Positions 47,743 through 57,294 of a DNA stretch of 64,000 nucleotides are shown in pieces. The stretch lies in IMG/VR virus record IMGVR_UViG_3300046542_000248, positions 124,001 through 188,000 of that record; one strand, written 5' to 3'. The position numbers were made by a program, and so were the translations under genes. The number at the start of each line of letters is the position of its first letter. Position 1 is the first letter of the stretch. The notes beneath the pieces were generated by a model. The model made no database searches. It was not told the DNA's origin and saw only the letters and a list, made by a program, of their open reading frames with translations.

Positions 47743-48477
47743 TTATTCATCCCTTTCCGGTAAGTAGAGTACATTGAATACGTTTATTATCTGGTATTCA
47801 GATTTATTGACTGTCGTTGTTGTTAAAAATACCGAAGATTTTTCATCACTGTAAGGGATACATTTAACTAATGCAGTATCACCTTTAGTGACATTTTGGA
47901 ATACTGATTTAGAAAGTCTTGTGAAGAATCTTTCATCATCAATAACAAGAGGTACTTCAGAAGCAGCAATATCTTCATAGATCTTAAGTTTAAACTCTTT
48001 ACTTTCTTTATGATTCATATCAGTAATAGAGTTGAAGATAGATACTGTCTTCTTATATAAATCGGATTTCTTTAGTTTTATCTTAGTTGCAAAATATGTA
48101 TCTTTCTTATAAATATTATCTTTGATCTTTACGAATGCTTTATCTGCATACATTACTTCAGGAGCAGCGCAATCATATAAGAATTCAATCTCTTTATCGT
48201 CGATAACAATATCAACGATTGTGAAATGCTTGTCCATGAATTTGAAAGTTGCAGGATGAATATCAAATACAAAAGGGAAAAACTCAGTAACGTTTTTCTC
48301 TAACTTTTCAGTGAATGTCAAGATTGTCATGATTCCTTCATGATATGTACTATACACACCTTTAGAGAAGTTAAATTCAGAAGCTTTAAATTTATTTAAG
48401 GTATCTACGATTTTCATAAATCCTTTATATACAGCAATTCCATCAATTTTAGTAAAGAGTCCAGTAAGTTCAGCCAT
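47743..48477 (-). CDS. Hypothetical protein
   Basis: GAGAGGG RBS; co-oriented upstream of the portal gene. Confidence 0.7.
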   Translation of the reverse strand: MAELTGLFTKIDGIAVYKGFMKIVDTLNKFKASEFNFSKGVYSTYHEGIMTILTFTEKLEKNVTEFFPFVFDIHPATFKFMDKHFTIVDIVIDDKEIEFLYDCAAPEVMYADKAFVKIKDNIYKKDTYFATKIKLKKSDLYKKTVSIFNSITDMNHKESKEFKLKIYEDIAASEVPLVIDDERFFTRLSKSVFQNVTKGDTALVKCIPYSDEKSSVFLTTTTVNKSEYQIINVFNVLYLPERDE

Positions 48478-48545
48478 TCATATCAGCCCTCTCATTTTAC
48501 TTGTCTATTAATGGTTCAAGGCTTTATAGATTTAAATTATGGTTG

Positions 48546-48557
48546 AACAGAGTATTA
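48546..48557 (+). promoter_or_regulatory. Late-type promoter
   Basis: AACA GAGTAT TA. Confidence 0.65.
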
Positions 48558-48591
48558 AAGAAACTACTTTATTTATAAGGAGGACTTTAAG

Positions 48592-49098
48592 ATGGGAATT
48601 TTACAAGATCGTCTTAAATCATTACTTGAAAATTCGTACATTCAAGAATCTAGCAAAGAACCGGCCCCTATTGGTGAAGCTGAAGTCACTGATGAAATGA
48701 TGGCTGAAGCTACACTAGCTATGATTTTGGAAGCTACTCAAGCGTATGCTCTTGAGGAAGCTCAATTATTTATTTCCGAAAATGCACACCTTTTGGTGCG
48801 CGACGGTTTGCTCACTGAAGATGCTGCCGGTCAATCCTTCATGGTACTTTCCCGTGATGCTCAGCGTAACAAAGCAGAATCAATGCTTCGTATGCAAATG
48901 GCTCGCAAAGCCAAAGATCCACGTCAATTTAAAATTGCAGCAATGCGCCGTACTATCAAACGTCTTAGCGCTGAAATTCATAACGATTCCCGTTATAATG
49001 AAGCAAAGACTATTGTGATGAAACGTCAATTCCGGTATGCTCCAGATGCTGCTGGAATGTCGGCTAAACGTACACAAAGCCAATTCAAATTGAAATAA
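48592..49098 (+). CDS. Putative internal head protein (acidic LxE-rich N-terminus, basic C-terminus)
   Basis: LLEN, IQES, MAEA, ILEA, LEEA, LTED motifs; AAGGAGG RBS; own terminator. Confidence 0.6.
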   Translation: MGILQDRLKSLLENSYIQESSKEPAPIGEAEVTDEMMAEATLAMILEATQAYALEEAQLFISENAHLLVRDGLLTEDAAGQSFMVLSRDAQRNKAESMLRMQMARKAKDPRQFKIAAMRRTIKRLSAEIHNDSRYNEAKTIVMKRQFRYAPDAAGMSAKRTQSQFKLK

Positions 49099-49151
49099 TT
49101 GAGAATTAACTCGATGATGACCATATTTGAGTCATCATCAGTTTTTCTTTC

Positions 49152-49165
49152 AAATATATATTATT
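49152..49165 (+). promoter_or_regulatory. Early-type promoter motif
   Basis: AAATATATATTATT. Confidence 0.75.
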
Positions 49166-49219
49166 TACTTGTGCAATATATCAATTACTTATACTAGAGA
49201 TGAAGGGAAGAGTTAAAAC

Positions 49220-51337
49220 ATGGGAAACAAAAAAGAGAAAAAAGCTAGACTTAAATTGAAAAAGAAAATGAAAGAGGTAGCTAAGACCCGCTACGCTATG
49301 GGTAATTGGAAACATAGTTTGAATGAAATTGTGGCACAGCTACAAGAAGAAGGGGAATTCACATCTACTGGGGATAGAAATCGAATCTATCCTACAATTA
49401 ATGAATTCGGTACTATTGATTCATATGATTCATATATTGAAGCACTAATCACTGGCACTAAACGCCTATTGTCTGATGGTAAGGATGAACTAGCCAAACT
49501 GACAATGGCATTCAAGTTTAATTCGGATGACGAATTTGAAGAGATGAACTATGTACGTTTCCTCTTCAATATTATCATGTGGCGTCCGTTTATCGTATCT
49601 AACATTGCTGTGACTAAGAAAGATATCTTCAATGCTGAAGTATTCCACAATAAGAAATATGAGGAGTATTTCAATAACTTTGCAGATAGATTTAGAGATA
49701 GATTTACAATGCAAGAATACTCTGAGATTCTATTCGATATTCAAGTGTATATGAATAAGATCGCAGTTGAACTTGGTCCGTTATTCGGTAACTCCATCTC
49801 TATCTATGACATGGTAAAGATGGCAAAACGTAATAACGAAATCAATGCTTTAATGAATACGGAAGTAGATCTTGAAAACTTCCAAGTCAGTCAAGTAGAG
49901 GAATTCCTCATCAAACAGACTGATCGCTTCTTCCAAATCTTGATGAATGAATCGGATAAGAATAATCCTCTTAAACCATTCATTCGTGCAGGTGTAGGTG
50001 TAAACAAACGTCAAGTTCAAGAGATCTTCTTGCACTTGGGCTTTAAACCGGATTTATCAGGTTCCACTATGCCATTAACTAGTAACAGTAACTTTACTAC
50101 TTATGGCTTGAAAGATCCAAGAGCATTGTATGTGGATGCTCAAGGTGCTCGTAAAGCCGCTATCATGCAGCTCGCAGTTAGTGAGTCAGGCTATTACGGT
50201 CGCCATCAAAGTTTCGTAACTTCGAATGTCGTACTACATGAAGATCCATCGTATTCTTGCAATACGAAGAATCTGTTGAATATCAAGATCGAATCTGCAT
50301 TGGATCTTGAACTATTTGATGGACGGTTCTACAAAACTGGTGAGAAGCGTTACAAGATTCTTACACAGAAAGACACAAATCTAATTGGTGAAACTCTGGA
50401 GTTCAGAACACCACAAACTTGTGCGAATAAAGATAGTCATATCTGTAAAGTCTGCTACGGTACAATGTATAACGTAAACTACGGAATGCATGCAGGACTG
50501 TTTGCAGCAATTGATTCAAATGAAAATAAAACTCAGCGACAGCTATCTGCACGACATGCATTAGCTACAATGAGTGCCACCATTAACTTGATCGACGAGA
50601 AGATGTTCCTAATCAATCAAAATGGCTGGCTGTTTAGTCTTAATAATGATATTGATAGAAGTAAGTATTCTATCGTATTCAATGCTTCGGATGTATTCAT
50701 GGATAACCCTGAAAACTACGAGCAATATGATAATTACTACGTTAATAAACTGACGTTCAAGAATAACAAAACCGAAGAACATTTCGAAGTGTATGAGGAG
50801 CAAAATACTCATATGTATTTGAGTAAGCAACTGTACAGCACTCTTAGAGATAAGAGATTCTTCGGGTTAGATAACGATGAATCTATCTCAATCCAATTAA
50901 AGAACTTCAGCATTGATGAGCCATTCACATTCTTACGGATCTCAAATGCTGAACTTGCTAAACCGCTAAAAGAGTTGGCTGGATTCATTCAAAAAGGTAA
51001 GAAACAACTTGAAGATGTTTTCGATTACCATGAATTCACTGATAAACTGAATAAACTTTATAGATATGGGGGTATGGCAATCCCATCCGTCCATATTGAA
51101 ATGCTTCTGAGAAATCTTATTAGAAGAACTGATGATGAGTTAAAGATTCCTGATTGGGAAGTAGAACAAACTCCTGATATGTATAAGATGGTTTCACTCA
51201 ATGATTCCATCATCCTATCAAACTCTGTAACTCTTGGATTGATGTTCGAGAAAGTTCGTCGTCAACTTAAAATGCCAAGAACTTATAGAAAACGTGGAAG
51301 TTCGATCTATAGCGTACTGTTCATTAACGAGCAATAA
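49220..51337 (+). CDS. RNA polymerase beta' C-terminal half, probable non-virion RNAP subunit
   Basis: Bridge helix GARKAA.....SESGYYGR, Zn site RTPQTC...ICKVCYG, trigger loop TQRQLSARH, HIEMLLRN. Confidence 0.9.
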   Translation: MGNKKEKKARLKLKKKMKEVAKTRYAMGNWKHSLNEIVAQLQEEGEFTSTGDRNRIYPTINEFGTIDSYDSYIEALITGTKRLLSDGKDELAKLTMAFKFNSDDEFEEMNYVRFLFNIIMWRPFIVSNIAVTKKDIFNAEVFHNKKYEEYFNNFADRFRDRFTMQEYSEILFDIQVYMNKIAVELGPLFGNSISIYDMVKMAKRNNEINALMNTEVDLENFQVSQVEEFLIKQTDRFFQILMNESDKNNPLKPFIRAGVGVNKRQVQEIFLHLGFKPDLSGSTMPLTSNSNFTTYGLKDPRALYVDAQGARKAAIMQLAVSESGYYGRHQSFVTSNVVLHEDPSYSCNTKNLLNIKIESALDLELFDGRFYKTGEKRYKILTQKDTNLIGETLEFRTPQTCANKDSHICKVCYGTMYNVNYGMHAGLFAAIDSNENKTQRQLSARHALATMSATINLIDEKMFLINQNGWLFSLNNDIDRSKYSIVFNASDVFMDNPENYEQYDNYYVNKLTFKNNKTEEHFEVYEEQNTHMYLSKQLYSTLRDKRFFGLDNDESISIQLKNFSIDEPFTFLRISNAELAKPLKELAGFIQKGKKQLEDVFDYHEFTDKLNKLYRYGGMAIPSVHIEMLLRNLIRRTDDELKIPDWEVEQTPDMYKMVSLNDSIILSNSVTLGLMFEKVRRQLKMPRTYRKRGSSIYSVLFINEQ

Positions 51338-51399
51338 TGATTCAAGGGAAGGATTCTCTATGATCCTTCCCTCTATTAATTTTGAGGAGAAAATTCTAT

Positions 51400-51876
51400 A
51401 TGATTAAACTAAATATAGTATCATTAAATTATCATTATGAAGATAAGAAACTAAAGAAAATAGAACGCGAAAATCGAATTGCTAGTGCAGTATATAGCAG
51501 CATTGCAACTATAACTGATTATCGTATAATAGATAAGGTTGCACAAGTTATTGAAGAAACAACTGAAGCTATTAATACAGTACTAACTAAGCATGATATT
51601 AAAATTGATAATTTTGAAAACGAAGAAGATGAAGAACTGGAGCTTAGTGATGAGCATCTAGAACGTAATGATGACATTGACAATGCGGTATTTGATTGTA
51701 TTAGCGTTCTCGCTGAAGATATTAATATGGAATGGAATATGCAGATCATCGGCGAAACCACAGATGCTATTAAATCTGTATTGTCTGATCATAATATTAA
51801 AGTAAGACATCCGCATATAGCTATACATGCAGATGGGTCACAAACTATTGAAGAATACGAAGAGGAGATTGTTTAG
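51400..51876 (+). CDS. Hypothetical protein with internal duplication
   Basis: GAGGAG RBS; two copies of AV..I.....QI/VI.ETT.AI..VL..H.IK. Confidence 0.65.
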   Translation: MIKLNIVSLNYHYEDKKLKKIERENRIASAVYSSIATITDYRIIDKVAQVIEETTEAINTVLTKHDIKIDNFENEEDEELELSDEHLERNDDIDNAVFDCISVLAEDINMEWNMQIIGETTDAIKSVLSDHNIKVRHPHIAIHADGSQTIEEYEEEIV

Positions 51877-51877
51877 A

Positions 51878-52357
51878 ATGGATACTAGTAAACTTGGAGT
51901 AAGAATCACCGATCGGTTCGGTCGGTGGGTAGCAAGAGGTAAAGATGTGGTAACTGGTGAATGGGTAGTTGGTACTTACATGTCGCTATTCGAAGAACTT
52001 CACTTTAAGAATGGATTTGGTGTAACTGACTTCAGAAAAATTGATACTGCTACTGTGGGTCAACGCCTGATGATCAGTTCACATGGTCAAGAAGATAAAT
52101 ATGTCTTCGAAGGTGATGTTGATGATAATGGATTCATTGTTACCTTCGTAGGAAGAAAAGAAAATGATGATGGTTCTGCCACTGGTATGGATATTGGCTG
52201 GTACTTACAAAGAGATAATTTCTCATCGTATAGCCAAATTGTAATCGGTGAAGATATCACTATCGTTGGTAATATCATTGATGACCCTGAACTCCCTGAG
52301 AAAATGAAAGATGAAAGATATCAAAGGCAGATAGATTCTGCAAAGGAGACAATCTAA
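51878..52357 (+). CDS. YopX-family protein
   Basis: RGKD..TGEWV.G, TVGQ, VFEGD, IVGNI.D.PEL. Confidence 0.75.
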   Translation: MDTSKLGVRITDRFGRWVARGKDVVTGEWVVGTYMSLFEELHFKNGFGVTDFRKIDTATVGQRLMISSHGQEDKYVFEGDVDDNGFIVTFVGRKENDDGSATGMDIGWYLQRDNFSSYSQIVIGEDITIVGNIIDDPELPEKMKDERYQRQIDSAKETI

Positions 52358-52570
52358 ATGGAATTAACTGCTAACGATTTAGTAACGGGTAAACCATATG
52401 TACTAAAACATGATTTCATGCAAACACCTCAGCTTCGTCATAATTTTGGCACTGAGGTTTCATTCCTTGGTCATATCTCAAATGATCAGCAAAAAGCAAT
52501 GGTTAAAGTTGTCAGATCAACTTCCGGTGGATTCATGATTCCTATTACATCATTAAAAGAGAAGGAGTAA
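52358..52570 (+). CDS. Hypothetical protein
   Basis: AAGGAG RBS. Confidence 0.65.
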   Translation: MELTANDLVTGKPYVLKHDFMQTPQLRHNFGTEVSFLGHISNDQQKAMVKVVRSTSGGFMIPITSLKEKE

Positions 52571-52576
52571 TTATAC

Positions 52577-53077
52577 ATGTCACTTAAATATATAGTAGCA
52601 GAGCAATTATCAGTATTTAGCGAGCCAGAGGGAGATTTTGTAGCAATACCTCCAGGAACTGAACTTGAAGTTGCTGAATATTCTCAAGGCATTTATCAAA
52701 TCACTGGTTCCCTTTATAAGCCTAAAGAAATTAGAGGAGCTATATTTGCAAAACCAGGTCCTAATCTTCCTATGTTTTATATTGAATTAATGTATGAAAC
52801 GGGACATGCTGACTCATTCTATACAAATCTTACAGAATATCTCAGACTAGCGTACTGTCATGATACTAATATGAAATATATTAACTATGGTGTACTGGAC
52901 GGGACAAAAATTTGCAGCTTACACATTAGTTTAGGTAAGGTTGCAAAGTTCACAGCGTATCAGCTTACCGATGATCTTGAACTTAAGTATATTGCTGAGC
53001 AAATTAAGCAGTCGGTTAAGAAATACGGTATAATTCAAAGACGTTATAAAGAAGAAGATTTGGATAAAGACAAATAA
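52577..53077 (+). CDS. Hypothetical protein
   Basis: AAGGAG RBS. Confidence 0.65.
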   Translation: MSLKYIVAEQLSVFSEPEGDFVAIPPGTELEVAEYSQGIYQITGSLYKPKEIRGAIFAKPGPNLPMFYIELMYETGHADSFYTNLTEYLRLAYCHDTNMKYINYGVLDGTKICSLHISLGKVAKFTAYQLTDDLELKYIAEQIKQSVKKYGIIQRRYKEEDLDKDK

Positions 53078-53143
53078 AAATAGTTTAGAAGACGGTGGAG
53101 AGTTCTGCCGTCTTCTAGATTTATTAAGAGAGGGATATTTTTT

Positions 53144-53812
53144 ATGATTAAAAAAATTAAAGCACTGTTAGGTATGGGTGATAAACTTACTGATATTACT
53201 ATAACGTTAACTCAGCTTTCTGACCAACTGAGCAACTTATCTAATCAAAGAAGACCTACTAGATATCAGGAAGTTCGTATTGATAGAGAAGTTTCTGATT
53301 ATGAGCAAGTAAAAGGAATGTTTGAGGATAAGTATCGTAAAGATGCTGCTGGTAAGTACAACGGCATTAAAGAAAATCTTCAAGAATGTATCGTACAGTA
53401 TGATAAAGTCTTGTATTTCAATAGAGACTCTATCAACTATATCGAACTAACTGCCAAACTTTATGAGCTATACGTACTACGTTCTTTTATCTTAGAAATA
53501 TTATTCAAAACTACTGATATTGAAAGCTTCTACTTCTATGCTATAAATAACAATGCTCTTTATAATACTATTTCCGACATCAATCATATTGATCTAGATA
53601 AAATCTTCTTACTTGATCAGGAGAAAGATTTAGATTACAGTTACTATACTATCCTAAATATGAGATCTGATAGAATCGTTCTTGTTACTCCTACTGAGGA
53701 TTATGAGCTTGAAAATCGTTATAAGAAAACCGTAGTGAGGGTTTTATACTCTATATACTTTGAGAAGTATTTCTTATACCACATATCAAATGATGGAGGC
53801 GATAAAGAGTAA
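53144..53812 (+). CDS. Hypothetical protein
   Basis: GAGGG RBS. Confidence 0.65.
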   Translation: MIKKIKALLGMGDKLTDITITLTQLSDQLSNLSNQRRPTRYQEVRIDREVSDYEQVKGMFEDKYRKDAAGKYNGIKENLQECIVQYDKVLYFNRDSINYIELTAKLYELYVLRSFILEILFKTTDIESFYFYAINNNALYNTISDINHIDLDKIFLLDQEKDLDYSYYTILNMRSDRIVLVTPTEDYELENRYKKTVVRVLYSIYFEKYFLYHISNDGGDKE

Positions 53813-53867
53813 TAATAATGTAAAAATATTTAATCGAGGACTTTAAATAGAAAATAATTGAGAGGTC

Positions 53868-55073
53868 GTGAGTTATTTGCAAACTATCGTACTTGGCTCA
53901 ACACAAACTGGTCACAATATGCCTATTAATGAGGCACTGAAATTATCGTCATATGCAGCGGGAGTCTGCTATATGAAAGAGGACATTGAAGCTATTCTTA
54001 ATGAGGATATTGAAAGAACTCAAAGAAGAATAGATCAAACTCTTGGTAGCGGTCATCATTCTGTATATCAACACGTTCATTATACATTGGTATTCAAAGA
54101 TATCCCTAAAATTATTGCAATGCTTATTAACAATGAAAAACCTTATACTACTTCCGAGAAGTCTGCACGTTATACCAAAATGACGAATCTTCCGGTTGAA
54201 GAAAAAGAGCGTTATGATAACTGGTTAGGTCGATTCAAAGAAATGATCAGAGCCGAATATCCGCTGCTACTAGATACACATATCACTAAACTTGCGATGG
54301 AAAATTCTCGTTATATGATTAGCGTATTCACACCAACTACAATGGTGTATACGACTAACCTATCGCAATTGAATTACCTAATTGAAATGATGCTTAAATT
54401 TGTCCGTGAAAGTCAGGAGAAGTATGCTGATAACGGATTTGTAACAAAACTGAACAAACAGATTCTGCTGTTTGTAGAATGTCTGAAGCCATTCGAAGTT
54501 GAAGGTATGAATCGCAAGAATAAAGGTATCAGTCTTTCAATGTTCCAATTGGAAGAACCTGTTGCGATGGAGTACTACTTCGGAAATACGTATGAAACTA
54601 ATTACTGGGCAACATGGGCGCAATTTGCACAGGCTCAGCGTCATAGAACTCTCCATTACAATGTCTTTATTCCTCAATACGATGGAATGGGTCCTGGAGA
54701 TTTCCTCTATGTTCCGCCAATCATTACAAGCGATGAAATGAAACAGGATTGGATTGGGGATATGGTATCTCTTCCAAAAGATACATTCCCACAAGCCGGT
54801 AAGATTCTTGTTCAAGAACGTGGCTTATATGAGCACTTCATTCTTAAATGTCACGAAAGACTTTGCTGTCAGGCTCAAAACGAGATCATGCAGCAAACTA
54901 AAGATACGTTTGCTATGTATCTCGAAATGGCATCATCAACTCATCAAATTCATACGGACTTCCCTAATATTGATTATACTTCGTTTAAATCTAAAACGCA
55001 GTTGAAAAATATCTGGTGTGCAGGTTCTTGTAACAATTTCGGTCGCAGATATGCGTTAAATCGTAAAGCTTAA
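53868..55073 (+). CDS. thyX: FAD-dependent thymidylate synthase, two-domain ThyX/Thy1 type
   Basis: GHHSVYQH, SEKSARY, ENSRY, QAQRHRT, RLC..AQ.EI. Confidence 0.82.
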   Translation: MSYLQTIVLGSTQTGHNMPINEALKLSSYAAGVCYMKEDIEAILNEDIERTQRRIDQTLGSGHHSVYQHVHYTLVFKDIPKIIAMLINNEKPYTTSEKSARYTKMTNLPVEEKERYDNWLGRFKEMIRAEYPLLLDTHITKLAMENSRYMISVFTPTTMVYTTNLSQLNYLIEMMLKFVRESQEKYADNGFVTKLNKQILLFVECLKPFEVEGMNRKNKGISLSMFQLEEPVAMEYYFGNTYETNYWATWAQFAQAQRHRTLHYNVFIPQYDGMGPGDFLYVPPIITSDEMKQDWIGDMVSLPKDTFPQAGKILVQERGLYEHFILKCHERLCCQAQNEIMQQTKDTFAMYLEMASSTHQIHTDFPNIDYTSFKSKTQLKNIWCAGSCNNFGRRYALNRKA

Positions 55074-55139
55074 ATTTGATGAAAGGTCTATGACTACGAA
55101 TCTGTGGTCATAGACAATATTTTTTAGGAGGTATGAAAA

Positions 55140-55376
55140 ATGAAAGAGAATATTAAATTTTGGGGATTGTTTCTTATCTGGGCTGCTATACTTTGGTATG
55201 TGGCAAAACTCATATTATGGATGCAGTTTGAATTGCATAATTACACACATCTTAAAGAAGTAATTGTTACGTGGGTTCTGCATATTATATTTGCAACAGT
55301 TTTACCATTCTGGATGACACTATTCACAGTTGTATCAAGACTTAATAAACCTAAAAAGGTTAAGAAGGATGCATAA
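55140..55376 (+). CDS. Small two-TM membrane protein
   Basis: Two hydrophobic segments; AGGAGG RBS. Confidence 0.65.
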   Translation: MKENIKFWGLFLIWAAILWYVAKLILWMQFELHNYTHLKEVIVTWVLHIIFATVLPFWMTLFTVVSRLNKPKKVKKDA

Positions 55377-55378
55377 GT

Positions 55379-56974
55379 ATGAATAACGACATCATTGCCA
55401 ACTTCTCGCATTATGTAATTCCTAATTACAAAGAAGAAGGCACAGAAGATCAACTGACCTACTTAGAGAAGGCTTTGAGTACGTTTGATAAAAGAATCTA
55501 TCGTTATATCCCTATTGGGTATCATTACAATATGGAAACTAATGAGCTACGGATTCCAAGAGGATATCCATATCAAGATATTCTCAACTCTTTCAGATTC
55601 AAAAGAAAGATGACTGTTAATCAAAAACCGCAAGAATATGATAAGATTAAGTTAAGACTCTTTCAGAATCCTAGAGAACAGTTGCAAGTAGAAATGATGT
55701 CTTTCCTATGTGGATTAGGCAAACATGCTTACACTGCAAAATTCTCTCAGGTATTTTGTGATCTGAATACAGGTAAGGGTAAAACCTACTGTACGGTTGC
55801 ATCACTATCTTATTTCCAAGATAAAATCGTCATATTCATTCCATCTAAGCTAAGTAAGCTTATAGATCAATGGTATGACGCATTTACGGACTATACTGAT
55901 AAAAAACCTAGAGACATTCTGATTGTCCGTGGTTCTGATATGTGTGAAGATATTCATAAAGGTAAGTACGCTGATAAAGAAGTGTTTATCATTACAAAGG
56001 GAACTGCACTATCATATGCTAACACATATGGTTGGACTAAGTTCCAAGAGATGATTGCACAGACTAAAGCTGGAGTTAAGATTATTGATGAAGCTCATAT
56101 GGATATGAGATCCAATGTCTTAATTGACTGCTATTCCAATGTTAAGAAGAATATTTACCTCACAGCGTCTGCTCTTAGAGGTAATAGATTCGAGAATGAA
56201 ATCTTCAAAAAGATCTTCAGCGGTGTGCCTATATTCGGTAAAGAATTAGTCAAAGCTGAAGAGAATTATATCATTATGCTTATGTATTTCTTTAAGCATA
56301 TGCCTAATGTTAAACAAAGAGCTTCCTGTAAGATAAGAACCAATGATGGCTATGGTCTATCGGCAGTGAAGTATTCTAATTATCTTGTATCTAAAGAAGG
56401 TGCAAGACAAGAATTCTTTACAGCTATGAATAAAGCTATTAGAGATATCTTTGTGAAATACAGAAATAACTCTGGCTTTGTTAGCTTACCTAATATTGGA
56501 CCTGGTAAATATATCAGAAACTCCAATGGCAATATTCAAATCAATAGAACTGAAAAGTTCCAAGGGAAACTTCTTATCCTTGGAGCAACGATTGAATTCC
56601 TCAAAACTATACGAAAGTTCTTAGAAGTAAACTTTCCTGAATATAGCATAGGGTTATACTCTGGCGAAATTAAGGATATGAAGATAAGAGAACTTGAGTT
56701 GGAGAAAGATATTATCCTTGCCACTGAAAAAGGTATTGGGACTGGAGCAAACATTGAAGATCTTCAGTTTATGATCAATACCATTCCTTATAGCAATCCA
56801 GTGTATGCGAATCAACTACCTGGTCGTTTAAGAGAACTTAAAGGAAGAAAAGTTTACTATATGGAATTAATCAATACAGAATTTAGTGAAGCTGCTAAAC
56901 AATATGAAAGACGATCCAAATTCCTAATGGAAAAAGCTAAAAGTAATAAACTAATAACCGTGTCTGTCACCTAA
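55379..56974 (+). CDS. SF2 DExH helicase (UvsW-like)
   Basis: TGKGKT, IDEAH, LTAS, GTGANI, QLPGRLR. Confidence 0.88.
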   Translation: MNNDIIANFSHYVIPNYKEEGTEDQLTYLEKALSTFDKRIYRYIPIGYHYNMETNELRIPRGYPYQDILNSFRFKRKMTVNQKPQEYDKIKLRLFQNPREQLQVEMMSFLCGLGKHAYTAKFSQVFCDLNTGKGKTYCTVASLSYFQDKIVIFIPSKLSKLIDQWYDAFTDYTDKKPRDILIVRGSDMCEDIHKGKYADKEVFIITKGTALSYANTYGWTKFQEMIAQTKAGVKIIDEAHMDMRSNVLIDCYSNVKKNIYLTASALRGNRFENEIFKKIFSGVPIFGKELVKAEENYIIMLMYFFKHMPNVKQRASCKIRTNDGYGLSAVKYSNYLVSKEGARQEFFTAMNKAIRDIFVKYRNNSGFVSLPNIGPGKYIRNSNGNIQINRTEKFQGKLLILGATIEFLKTIRKFLEVNFPEYSIGLYSGEIKDMKIRELELEKDIILATEKGIGTGANIEDLQFMINTIPYSNPVYANQLPGRLRELKGRKVYYMELINTEFSEAAKQYERRSKFLMEKAKSNKLITVSVT

Positions 56975-56986
56975 CGTAATATGTAG

Positions 56987-57000
56987 AAATATATATTATT
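56987..57000 (+). promoter_or_regulatory. Early-type promoter motif
   Basis: AAATATATATTATT. Confidence 0.75.
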
Positions 57001-57039
57001 ATCTTGATGAACTGACACGGAAAGGGAGAGAAACTTACT

Positions 57040-57291
57040 ATGAAGAAAGTTAAGGAATGTAGCAAAAAGAAGTTGTCTATTAAACTTCCGAATATGACTG
57101 TTACTGCTAAAGTAGATGAGAAACTTAAACTGAAAAAAGGAGATCACATTCAGATAAATATTGGCAAGCTTACGGTATACGGTATTGTAGCCACAGATCA
57201 ATCTGAAGATGGTAACAACATCGACAAGATTGAAGTCGATGAAGTTGAAACGATTGAAAAGTCAAAAATAAAGGTGGTGTTCTTTATTTGA
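57040..57291 (+). CDS. Hypothetical protein
   Basis: GGGAG RBS. Confidence 0.6.
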   Translation: MKKVKECSKKKLSIKLPNMTVTAKVDEKLKLKKGDHIQINIGKLTVYGIVATDQSEDGNNIDKIEVDEVETIEKSKIKVVFFI

Positions 57292-57294
57292 TCT

